Part shown: piece after piece, positions 27,125 to 38,399 of the stretch | How positions within the stretch are numbered: the stretch's first letter is position 1 | Layout of the letters: each line of letters begins with the position of its first letter | NCBI GenBank assembly: GCA_951406725.2 | Contig: OX597815.1 | Span: 202,740,001-202,804,000, forward strand | Source of the DNA: Octopus vulgaris | Taxonomy: Eukaryota | DNA: 64,000 bases | Direction of reading: 5' to 3' | The notes under the pieces: generated by a model | Databases searched by the model: none | Told to the model about the DNA's origin: nothing | What the model saw: only the letters and a program-made list of their open reading frames with translations | Program-made: the position numbers and the translations under genes

Positions 27125-27479
27125 GACGCAGGAGTTCCGAGTTCAGTCCCACTGCGTGGCATCTTGAGCAAGTGTCTTCTGCTATAGCCCCGGGCCGACC
27201 AATGCCTTGTGAGTGGATTTGGTAGACGGAAACTGAAAGAAGCCTGTCGTATATATGTATATATGTGTATGTGTGTGTGTTTGTCCCCCTAGCATTGCTT
27301 GACAACCGATGCTGGTGTGTTTACGTCCCCGTCACTTAGCGGTTCGGCAAAAGAGACCGATAGAATAAGTACTGGGCTTAAAAAGAATAAGTCCCAGGGT
27401 CGATATGTTCGACTAAAAGCGGTGCTCCAGCATGGCCGCAGTCAAATGACTGAAACAAGTAAAAGAGTAAAAAGAGAGT
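27125..27479 (+). mobile_element. SINE family A with a deletion in the head
   Basis: GACGCAGGAG joined directly to TTCCGAGTTCAGTCCC; the rest is consensus. Confidence 0.9.
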
Positions 27480-27601
27480 ATATATACATAGTAAATCCCG
27501 CCAAAGAAACGAAGAAGCAACAAGAGAAAAAAAAACAAAAAACCCGCGGACGTGGTACGTACAAAGTATTAGCAGACACTCAGACGGGAAAGAAAGGTAG
27601 C

Positions 27602-27634
27602 TTTTACGTTCGGAGCAAAGCTCTTCATCAGAAA
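27602..27634 (-). ncRNA. Degenerate minimal hammerhead motif (Penelope-like element terminus)
   Basis: Minus strand TTT-CTGATGA-AGAGC-TTT-GCTC-CGAA-CG-TA-AAA; the GAAA box is altered. Confidence 0.45.
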
Positions 27635-28147
27635 CAGGAGACGGATGAATGTCCAAAAGAAAAGGAAAACGGAGGGAAAAAACCGAAAACGATCGACATG
27701 TGGTTACATTTTGAAATGACCGGAAGGGAATGGGTGAAGAAAAAGTTCCTTCTAAGACAGGAGAGTGTAAGAGTATCTGTGTGTATGTGTGGGTATGTGC
27801 GTGCGCGTAAGTCTGTGTGTGTGTGTGAGGAGGTGTTTGTGTGTGTGATAGCATGTGTGTGTGGTGTTTGTGTGGTGCTGGCTGTTTATATGTGTATGTG
27901 TGAGACAACTTTGTGTCTCTCAATATTTATCCAATATTTCATCCAAAGCTTATTGTTATTATTATTATTAAATTTGTCCCACATAATATCGGTACAGCTC
28001 GAGGCAACCCCGACAAAAAAGGGGTTACCAGTCAACATCATTAAGCTGTAATTGGTATAATAGAATATGAGCTTTATGTGCATATTCAAAACGTTTCCCA
28101 CAAGTAAATTGTGTGTGTGTTTATGTGTTTGTGGTGTGTGTGTGTGT

Positions 28148-28224
<77 letters not shown>

Positions 28225-28699
28225 TGTGTGTGTGTGTGTGCGTGTGTGTGTGTGGGGCGGGGTGTCTAAGTTTGTCCCTCACCACTGCTTGACAACCCTG
28301 ATTTCCGCATGATCACGGCCGCAATCCCGTTAAAACCATGTGCTTAAATAGCTATATATTCACTTCTCATAGATCCTAAGCTTATAATTTCTCCTGTTAT
28401 TTTTCACCACTCAGATTTTTAGGATTTTTAGTTACCTGAAATTTCTACCTTTCACTTCTTTGTAAGAGAGGTTTTCTCTGATAGCTGCAGTATCCTTTGA
28501 ATCCACTTTGTGTGCTAGTCATATATACATATACGTACAAATATACATGTATGTACATGTGTCTATGTATACGTAAGTGTGGACGTGTGTATGTGTGCGG
28601 TGCGTGTGTGTATTGCACGCATCATTACTCATAATGAGTGAACGTATAGACAAACAAACCGAGGTATGTTCATATATATAATGTCATTCTGATTGAATC

Positions 28700-29160
28700 C
28701 TGTTCACATCAACATGTACCTCGTTGCGAGTCTGGTAACTGACTCCGAGTCTGGCAACTGACTCCGAGTCTGGCAACTGACTCCGATTCTGGCAACTGAC
28801 TGAGTAAATATTCACAAAATTATTAACCATCATGCCAACAACCACCTTGAGTAACATTTTGAACACCGTGTGTCTAACACACTGGTCATGCCTACGACGT
28901 CAGAAAACAGCACGGCTCCCATGAGTTTCGTTAACATTTTTTCACACTCAGAGTTGCTGAATTATGGGACAAACTACCCGCATCAGTTGTTAGTTGCCGA
29001 GACATTGCCTCTTTTAAAACCTCCAGGCTTCCTGAAATTCGCCAACACTAAACCTGATATCCCCTGCTCCAAACGCATGCACACATGTATATCAAGATTC
29101 ATACATTGTTCACATTCCTAACTTTTGTACATAATTGTACGTGCCATACATACACCTTTG
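28700..29160 (+). mobile_element. CR1-clade LINE 3' fragment containing a 4 x 19-bp minisatellite
   Basis: LATD..NIHKIINH...GHAYDVRKQHGSHEFR*HFFTLRVAELWDKLPASVVS. The repeat CGAGTCTGGCAACTGACTC lies at 28727-28801. Confidence 0.75.
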
Positions 29161-29221
29161 ACCTCTGATGAGTTGTATAGAACAACAAGCAAGTTTCACG
29201 CAAATAAAAAATGAAAAAAAT

Positions 29222-29256
29222 GTTTTACGTTTCAAGCCTACGCTCTTCAACAAAAT
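29222..29256 (-). ncRNA. Degenerate minimal hammerhead-like motif
   Basis: Minus strand TT-TTGTTGA-AGAGC-GTAG-GCTT-GAAA-CG-TA-AAA, the same layout as 27602-27634; the CUGANGA box is mutated. Confidence 0.35.
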
Positions 29257-29323
29257 GAATAAGAAATAGACAGAAAAAAGAATGAACAAAATAAAAATGG
29301 AGTGCTCAACGGCCTAACATGGC

Positions 29324-29387
<64 letters not shown>

Positions 29388-29392
<5 letters not shown>

Positions 29393-29866
29393 TACAAAGT
29401 GAGATAGGGGTTATGAGTGTAACCCACTATGCGATATCATTTATCCAATATACTGCCAGTAAAGTACCCAGAGAGGCTAATACATAAATGCTAAGAATTG
29501 CAATGCAATTAATTCATTTATTGTATTATATGGGCGAAGGTAAAATGTTTTACCTCAAATTCATAATACAAAATAAGAAAATGGAGGAATAGATTTCTTT
29601 CAATCATCAACGACTAGATAATACCAATTCATATCATTTATTAACTAATTATTTAGGAACATCCAGATCAAACAGAATAATACAGAATAAAACAGTACAC
29701 ATCAATAAGTAAGATAATACCATTTTATCTTACTTATTGATGTGTACTGTTTTATTCTGAATTATTCTGTTTGATCTCGATGTTCCTAAATAATTAGTTG
29801 ATAAATTATATGAATTGGTATTATCTAGTCGTTGATGATTGAAAGAAATCTATTCCTCCATTTTCT

Positions 29867-29872
<6 letters not shown>
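29388..29872. mobile_element. (TA)n-embedded insert with a 148-bp inverted duplication; Penelope-like terminus
   Basis: Arms 29570-29717 and 29725-29872 are near-perfect reverse complements; (TA)n flanks both sides. Confidence 0.6.
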
Positions 29873-29948
<76 letters not shown>

Positions 29949-31040
29949 CGTGCTTGAAAACGTTAACAACTGAAAGCGTTTGCACATCTATAAAAGCAAA
30001 AGTCACACACATTTTGTGAAATCCCTTCCCAAAGGTTAGTGCCTTTCGACTTTCTAAAAAGGTTCTTTCTCAGTCTGAACTCTTTGAGAAAAAAAAATCT
30101 TCTCTCCAAATATATAAATGTTTATATTCCAACATATATGACAGCATATATATATGCCAACATATGTGACAGTCCTATAAATGACGATGTTACTTTTGTT
30201 TTGGACCCAGGAAAAACTTCTTTTCCAAATGGCTATTGACTCACACTTGTGTCAGTATAGCAATTTGCCATCTTTAGCCTTACGTGATACTCCCAGACCT
30301 CAGGTTTCTGGATGGTTACCCGTCCTCAGTGTGAGATAATCACAAGCTAGTGACGAAAGCTCTTTCCACTCGCAAATATTCCATAAGTGATGCGCAATCT
30401 CTGATCTCGTATAGAGAAAAACAGTTTGTTTTAAATCTCTGATTGAGATGTATATTGTAACAGTACCGAATGGTGGTGTTTATATTCCACGAGGCACAAA
30501 CTTAGAACTGGAAGCGCATCATTGAGAAACTATCTTCTTAAATAGACGACAATGCCTGCGTCCCTCGTCATAAATTAATGAAAGCACGATTAAATTGGTT
30601 TGGAACTACAAAATGCAAAAGAAAATTTGATAAAAGTGATTTCCCTTGTATCTTTACAAGGGACATAAATAATAAAATAATGCTGAATTGCCTCCCTTGA
30701 TTTAATGTTCTACCGTAAACAAACCACTGTAATTGTTATTCAGTTTAAACCGTAATCATGCTGTTAACTTGAAATGTCATGCGAGCAAGACTGTGTTCGG
30801 GAGTGTCTTTGTGGGTAATGCGTACGCGCCCGTATATGTGTCTATGTATACGTGCATGTGTGGTCGCGTGTGTGTGTGAGTACTTGTAACGAGTGGAATT
30901 GTAGGTGCACACAATGAGGGGTGTACATATATTCATCAACAGAATCTAAAATAAAGAATCATTATTCTGTCTTACAATTTTTTTTCAGTGTCGCTTGTAG
31001 ATTTTACTTTCTTAGAAAATCTTAGGAATTCTGTGATGTG

Positions 31041-31113
<73 letters not shown>

Positions 31114-31156
31114 ATGTGTGCGTGCGTGTGTGGGGGGGTGTAGGTGTATGTGTGTT

Positions 31157-31187
<31 letters not shown>

Positions 31188-31494
31188 TTAGTGGATGGAT
31201 GGATAGATGAATGCATGCATGTATGTATGTTTCTTCTGTATTCAATCATCTAAATTCTCCCTCGGAAGAAGGGGTTCGTTTGTAACAAACGTACTAACCT
31301 CGATCTTTGGAATGTAGATAACGAAAACAATGTCACATTTTTAGCCTGAGAAAAAGTTTTTACTCTTTCGCTTACAGATCATTTTCCTAATGAGCAAATC
31401 AGTTTGTTGATATCTTTTTCTGAAAATCCAAGCTTATCCAGACTAACATACATTTATTTATAAAACCAAGTGCTCCAATTATAATTGGTATATT

Positions 31495-31882
31495 TTTCTC
31501 TTTTACTTGTTTCAGTCATTTGACTGCGGCCATGCTGGAGCACCGCCTTTAGTCGAGCAAATCGACGCCGGGACTTATTCTTTGTAAGTCTAGTACTTAT
31601 TCTATCGGTCTCTTTTGCCGAACCGCTAAGTGACGGGGACGTAAACACACCAGCATCGGTTGTCAAGCAATGCTAGGGGGACAAACACACAGACACAAAC
31701 ACACACACACATACACATACATATATATACATATATACGACAGGCTTCTTTCAGTTTCCGTCTACCAAATCCACTCACAAGGCATTGGTCGGCCCGAGGC
31801 TATAGTAGAAGACACTTGACCAAGGTGTCACACAGTGGGACTGAACCCGGAACCATGTGGTTGGTTAGCAAGCTACTTACCG
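31495..31882 (-). mobile_element. SINE family A (5' end clipped)
   Basis: Family consensus. Confidence 0.92.
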
Positions 31883-31889
31883 CAGAAGC

Positions 31890-32280
31890 TGAAGGTTTCG
31901 AAGCAGTTGTTTATAGTTATTTTCTTCTTCTTTGATGTTGAAAAAGTTATATACTCATCAGCAGGACCGCTGACACTACTATGACAGTACATACTTTTTC
32001 TTGCCTGTCTCAAACAGCAATTTCCGGCCTGTTACACTTACACTTCATAAATGTTTTGATGGGAATGTTCCACTAATATACCTTGTGCTGGCATTTCTGC
32101 ATGTATTCAATAACAAGGGTTTCTCTATATTTATTCCAGGACAATATTTCTCCAAATAGAATTGTGCAGAGTTTTTGCAACAACATCATGTCGCATAAGG
32201 AGGGAGTACTTTGACGACATTTTTGGGCAGCTGCTAATCACATGGCTTCACTGTCTCTCTAGCATTTTCCTGTTACTGGG
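31890..32280 (-). mobile_element. Degenerate RLE-type non-LTR fragment (family of 22615-23168)
   Basis: Minus strand HVISSCPKMSSKYSLLMRHDVVAKTLHN...WNIPIKTFMKCKCNRPEIAV*DRQEKVCTV. Confidence 0.75.
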
Positions 32281-32334
32281 TTGAAAATACAAAGCTTTCG
32301 TAGTGTGAGGTAATGTAACGGTTTACGAGAAACA

Positions 32335-32570
32335 AGGCGACGAGCTGGCAGAATCGTTAGCACGTCGGGCGAAATGCTCAGCAGTATTTCGTCTGTCGCT
32401 ACGTTCTGGGTTCAAAGTCCGCCTAGGTTGACTTTGCCTTTCATCCTTTCGGGGTCGATTAAATAAGTACCAGTTACGCACTGGGGTCGATATGATCGAC
32501 TTAATCCGTTTGTCTGTCCTTGTTTGTCCCTTCTGTGTTTAGCCTCTTGTGGGTAGTAAAGAAATAGGTT
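32335..32570 (+). mobile_element. SINE family B, full monomer
   Basis: AGGCGACGAGCTGGCAGAATCGTTAGC...GGGTAGTAAAGAAATAGGT. Confidence 0.92.
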
Positions 32571-32861
32571 TATGAGAAACATATATGCATGGTTTTTTTT
32601 TCGGTATGCTGAGCGTTTTCCTTCCAAGTCGTCTTTGCGGTATGCCTGGCTTGTATGGGTTGTATGGGGTTGTATGGGAGGTCATCAGGGAGAGAGAACT
32701 TGCCGAAGATTTCATTTCCAATGTGTAGGATATTGTTGTCTTCAGTTTTCAGTACTAAGTGAATGTATTTATTTTTGATGCCGTTGTTTAGCATTTGCTG
32801 TCTCAAAGAGACTTTACGAAATTCGACGGGTGTCTATACTGATCTCAAGGCCCTACATCCT

Positions 32862-33408
32862 GTATGCATGTATATATGAATGTATGTATGTATGTATGTA
32901 TGTATGTATGTATGTATGTATGTATGTATGTATGTATCTATGTATGTATCTATGTATGTATGTATGTATGCATGTATGTATGCATGTATGTATGTATGTA
33001 TGTATGTATGTGTGTATGTATGTATGCATATATATACGTATGTATGTATGTATGCATGTATGTATGTATGTATGTATGTATGTATGCATGTATGTATGCA
33101 TGTATGTATGTATGTATGCATGTATGTATGTATGCATGCATGTTTGTATGTATGCATGTATGTATGTATGTATGCATGTATGTATGTATGTATGCATGTA
33201 TGTATGTATGTATGTATGTATGTATGTATGTATGTATGTATGTATGTATGTATGTATGTATGTATGTATGTATGTATGTATGTATGTATGTATGTATGTA
33301 TGCATACATACATACATACATACATACATACATACATACATACATACATACATACATACATACATACATACATACATACATACATACATACATACATACA
33401 TACATACA
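32862..33408. repeat. (TATG)n followed by its reverse complement (CATA)n
   Basis: Directly visible; strand switch at ATGCAT near 33300. Confidence 0.98.
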
Positions 33409-33482
33409 TCTGGCGAGTCACAAAACTCCCTGCGAGAATAGACTTGACCGAACAACTATAACTAGTAACAGTATGAGTGAGA

Positions 33483-33586
<104 letters not shown>

Positions 33587-33921
33587 GCGTTTATCGCATG
33601 AAGTCGTAAGATGTTGTTTTGGCAGTTCTCGAAATATCGTTTATTTGGTTCGTGTATAGTTCCTGGAGAATTTGTTGGATTGTTAGATTGTTATTACCCT
33701 GCTTCATTATATATTTTATTGTTACTACAGGGTTGTTGTAGTGTAAACAAGTAGCGTCATAAATAGTGGCGAAATAAACAATAATTGGTGACGAGTAACT
33801 ACGTTACAATAATTCGCAAGGAGGATTCGAAGCTTGCACAGGTCAGTTAACACATTTTTGTGGTACAAAGTTGTTAATGATGGAAAACCTATTAGCTTCT
33901 ATACTGCAGTTCAAAAACAGT

Positions 33922-34310
33922 GGATGGAAGCACTCCGTCGGTTACGACGATGAGGGTTCCGGTTGATCCGAATCAACGGAACAGCCTGCTCGTGAAATTA
34001 ACGTGTAAGTGGCTGAGCACTCCACAGACACGTGTACCCTTAACGTAGTTCTCGGGGATATTCAGCGTGACACAGAGAGTGACAAGGCCGGCCCCTTGAA
34101 ATACAGGTACAACAGAAACAGGAAGTAAGAGTGAGAGAAAGTTGTGGTGAAAGAGTACAGCAGGGATCACCACCATCCCCTGCCAGAGCCTCGTGGAGCT
34201 TTTAGGTGTTTTCGCTCAATAAACACTCACAACGCCCGGTCTGGGAATCGAAACCACGATCCTATGACCGCGAGTCCGCTGCCCTAACCACTGAGCCATT
34301 GCGCTCCACA
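33922..34310 (-). mobile_element. SINE family C inserted in the Gypsy element, TSD TTCAAAAACAGT
   Basis: Family consensus; 12-bp direct repeats at 33910-33921 and 34311-34322. Confidence 0.93.
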
Positions 34311-36040
34311 TTCAAAAACAGTAGCAAGATCAGCAACAGGAGTTCTAAAAGCAACTACTTCAGTCCAAGAAAATCAACAACAGTCAATGGATCTATGCCT
34401 TAAGATATCCGGTCAAAAAAAAACAACAACTCTATGTTCGTTTTTGACAGACTGCGTATCGAACTCTAATAACAGAATTCAATTATGACCCAGAGGAGGG
34501 TATAACGTTTGCAGCGTACTTTAGAAGGCACGAAGACATCTTCGGGGAAGATAGCAAGTCGTGGACTGACAACGAAAAATTAAGACTATTATTAACTAAA
34601 TTAACGCCTGGCTGAACATGAAAAATATAATAATTTCATACCACTCCCAAAAAACTAATGAAATTTTCTTCCAGGAAACAGTTAAAACTATCAAAAATAT
34701 TCAGTGAGTACCCTATTTAACACTTGATGAGAGTGTTGGAATTTAATTAAAATAGAGGATGAAGGCTTTGTCACGTATGCCGGGACCGTAAACTGAATGT
34801 GCAAAAGGTTTAAACTGAAGGAACTAATTCCTGAAATGTTTAAGTGCTACATTTTTGTACAAGGGCTAACGGCAAACAAAGATGCGGAGATACATGCAAG
34901 AATTCTCATAAAACTTGAACAAGCGGACCAAAGTTAAACCCTGCAGACAGTTGCAGAGGAGTGTCAAAGAACGGTAAGTTTACGTCAGGATGTAAAGAAA
35001 ATTGAAGAGTAGGAGTTTTCATAAGTACAAGCGTTCCAACCGTTAAGACCAACCCATGCTACGGATGTAAAGTCCTACATTTCAGGAAGGATTGTCCTTT
35101 CAAAACGCAAAAACGTTACAGTTGCCAAAAATAGTACACAGAAGCTCACATTGCCGAGCAAACTTAGGAAGGCTGAGCATTAAAAAATTTTTAAGTTTTC
35201 TCAAGAGAAAGTAGAAGCGAGATAAAAAAGAGGAAAATTGTACATGTAAAAGTAAACTAAGCGAATATTATATTACAACTAAATACTGGTAGTGACATTT
35301 TGATTATTAACACCGACACGTGGATAAGAATTGGGAAACCTACGTTAAGAAAAAACATAAAAAATTTCGTATGCGAAATCTGTAGTGAAATGATATTTCG
35401 GGGGAAAACCCGTAGAGCAAAGGTTTTCGAGTTAAAAAATGCAACCAATTTGTTCGGTACAGACTGGATAGAGTTGCTTAACATATGGGACCTGCCCATA
35501 AATCTGGACTGTAAAAAACATAAATGGCTGTCCAACTAGTAAAAATAACTCATCAGCTGAATTTAAGAAAAAATTAAAAGCCTTTTTGTGTAATGTCATT
35601 CAGGAGCTGCCAGTGACTGTACAAGATATAAAAAGTAAATCAGTGGAGGATAAATACTTCATAAAATTGAATGAAACCTTGAAAAATAAACAAAAGAGAG
35701 ACACGAATGCGAACCATTTTTCACTCTGCCATTATGTATTACTGTACGCACAATGAGTGGTAGTACCAACTGCACTACAGAAACGCGTAATACAGGAATT
35801 TCATAGTGGACACCAGGGGATGTCAAGAATGAAAGCGCCCGTGAGGAGTTACGTGTATTGGCCGACCATGGAACGGTACATTGAAAATTGTGGCCTGAGG
35901 CTGATAGTCCGTGGTCCAGCGTAAATATAGAATACGCTGTACTGGTGAATGACGCGTACTACTTGATCATTGTTCATAGCTTTACCAAGTGGCCGGAAGT
36001 CAACTTACCACGAATGCAGCAATAAAGTTCCTACACAAAC

Positions 36041-36132
36041 TCTTTGCTCGATACCATAGTATCTCTTTGCTCGATACCATAGTATCTCTTTGCTCGATAC
36101 CATAGTATCTCTTTGCTCGATACCATAGTATC
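36041..36132. repeat. 4 x 23-bp perfect tandem repeat TCTTTGCTCGATACCATAGTATC in the integrase region
   Basis: Directly visible. Confidence 0.95.
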
Positions 36133-38399
36133 GGACATTGGAACACAATTTACAAGATACGAGTTCAAGAAATTCAGCAAAATGCATGCAATGAAGCATA
36201 TGTTTACCCTGCCCTACCACCCGAGGTTAAATGGGCAAGCAGAACGATTCCTAGATACTTTCAAGCGAGCGCTAAAAATTGCAAGGAACGAGTTAGGAAA
36301 TGAAGAAACGCTAACTAAATTTTTAAGGGTGTATAGAATTTCGACCAATCCAAATACCAGTTCAGGCAAGTCGCCTACAGAATGTTCGTCCGGAAGATTA
36401 AATCGATCTTCGTCAAATTGTTGCCAAAGGGTAAAACCCTATAGCGAAAATACAAAAAATTCAACTAAACATTTTGATGTCGGAGACAAAGTCCGTTTCA
36501 AGGTACACAAGAACGCTAAAGAGAGTTGGCAGGGTGGTACAGTGACTAAAAGAATTGAAAACATGATGTATTTAATAAAAGGCCAACGATGGGAGCATAA
36601 ATGACACCTAAATTAATTAAATTCAGACATACAGAAGAAAGGACGGAACTTCCAATGGAAGGGTTTTACGAGATCTTCGATGTGCCAGCACCGAAAGAGA
36701 TTGAGACTAGAAGGAGCAGTAACAGAGAACGTAAACAGACTGAACATTTAGAAATAATTACTAAGTGGAAAAGGTACTGAATTCCCTTGGGAAACAAAAT
36801 TTCAAAAAGGAAGATGTGTTGGAAAGAGAGTACAATAATAAGAAAATAAACTTCGTTTCTTACGGAAGCCGAAATCTCAAAAGGGAGATTTCCAAGAGCA
36901 ATACTAAATCTACGATTCACAAGCTATAATACCGGTTACCTCGGATGAGGTTACGAGTATGGTAGCTTGCTTCACAAATAAGAAGACTGAGACAATTTTT
37001 TTCCTGAAAAGTCGAGCAGAAATTGCTTTCGCGCACTTCACCTTCGGTATATATATATCACCTGGTGGTTGCTCTCCGTCAGACATATATTCCGCAACTC
37101 ATCTTTTAAAGGAAACTCTAGTCTTAGATCGAGTGAACACCAAGAATAGATGCCAACATTGAGAATGTGACAGTCCTCTGTTTGCAAGGGAAAGCAGTTG
37201 ACGGATCTTCTGGACGTCTACAGGATTCAACTGGTGTTTTCTGGGAAAACCTTCTGTCTAAGGGCAATGTGTAAAATCAAGAAATCCCCGGTTCAGCAGT
37301 TCTGTTTATGATGGGATATTACCAGTTCAAGGGAAACACCTCACAAATCGATGTGCCGCGAGGAGGAACCGAATGCGAGGCCACATTTTTTCGATATCTA
37401 TAAGCAAATCTTTATATTTATCGCTTTTGCCGAGATATTATGATCACAAGGAATACTTATGTTGATCAATAATCAGACGTTATGTTTTTCTTCTTTTATA
37501 GCGACATCCGGTTTATTGGCTTCGATGGTTTTGTCTGTATATACAAGGAAGTCCCAAAGAGTTGTTACATATTCTCCCTCAGATACAGCCGCGGGGTGGT
37601 TCCTATAACTAATGTCCAATGTTTTGAGTTTTAATGCGGACATATTAACCAGTGTAGATATTGGCCAACTCTATTATATCTTGATTTATACTGCATCAAG
37701 AGATTAAGTGGTCCACTGTTTCAATCTCAAAATTGTAGAATCGGCACTTTGGGTCTATTCCATTTTTCAGCACACTGGCTTGGTATTTCCGGGTCAATAA
37801 GCTTTGATCTTGAGCTGCTAAGATGATGCCTTCGTCCTCTGCCTTTAACTCTTAGATCTGTAGCCACTGCTGGGTTTGCTTCTGGTCAACATCAGCTTGT
37901 TTGCAATCATTCTTATATTTTCTACGCAAAGGTTTTATACTCCCACCTATAAGTCAGTTCTTCACGCGTTTCTTTCCTTGCCGTTAATTTCACCTTCATT
38001 GCAGCAGCAGTTGCCGCACTTCTCTCACAAGAAATCAATTGCACATTTTTGACAGAAAGAAGCTTCTTATGCCTATCGTGATTTTCAGCATCCAGTCGTT
38101 AGATGTTTCGAGATATTAAGGCCAGTCGATTTGTGGTGGTTTTGCAAGAGATTTCAAATTGGACCAAGCCTCGACAATCTCAGGCTCTGGGAGGTAAAAT
38201 CAGTCTGCAACTGCCTTTAGGTGGTGCATCTTATTGCAAGTCAGCAGCTTACGAATCTCCCTGCCAATTTTCTTTATTTCACTGTAGTATTTTTCCGTAA
38301 CTCTCGCTGTTTTCCAAAAATTCAGTCTTTCCCGTTGCATAACGTGCTTTAAAGTACGATCATAAATCGTCATTATATGCTATCTTTTGCGCTCTGTGT

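Larger units (their letters stand above)
33785..36815 (+). mobile_element. Degenerate Gypsy/Ty3 (Mag/K02A2.6-like) internal region lacking RT/RNase H
   Basis: PBS-like TGGTGACGAG (33786); gag EFNYDPEEGITFAAYFRRHEDIF; Zn knuckles CYGCKVLHFRKDCP; protease-like LQLNTGSDI; integrase EFHSGHQGMSRMK..VRSYVYWP, IVSDIGTQF, PYHPRLNGQAERF; purine tract AAAAAGGAAGA before TGTT. Matching LTRs not recognisable. Confidence 0.85.

Noticed and set aside
27299-28051. 250-aa ORF
   Set aside because: Chimeric read-through of SINE A, a purine-rich repeat and a TG microsatellite
28727-28801. Palindromic 19-bp repeats (GAGTC..GACTC) resembling CRISPR repeats
   Set aside because: No spacers; it is a slippage duplication of CR1 coding sequence (LATD)
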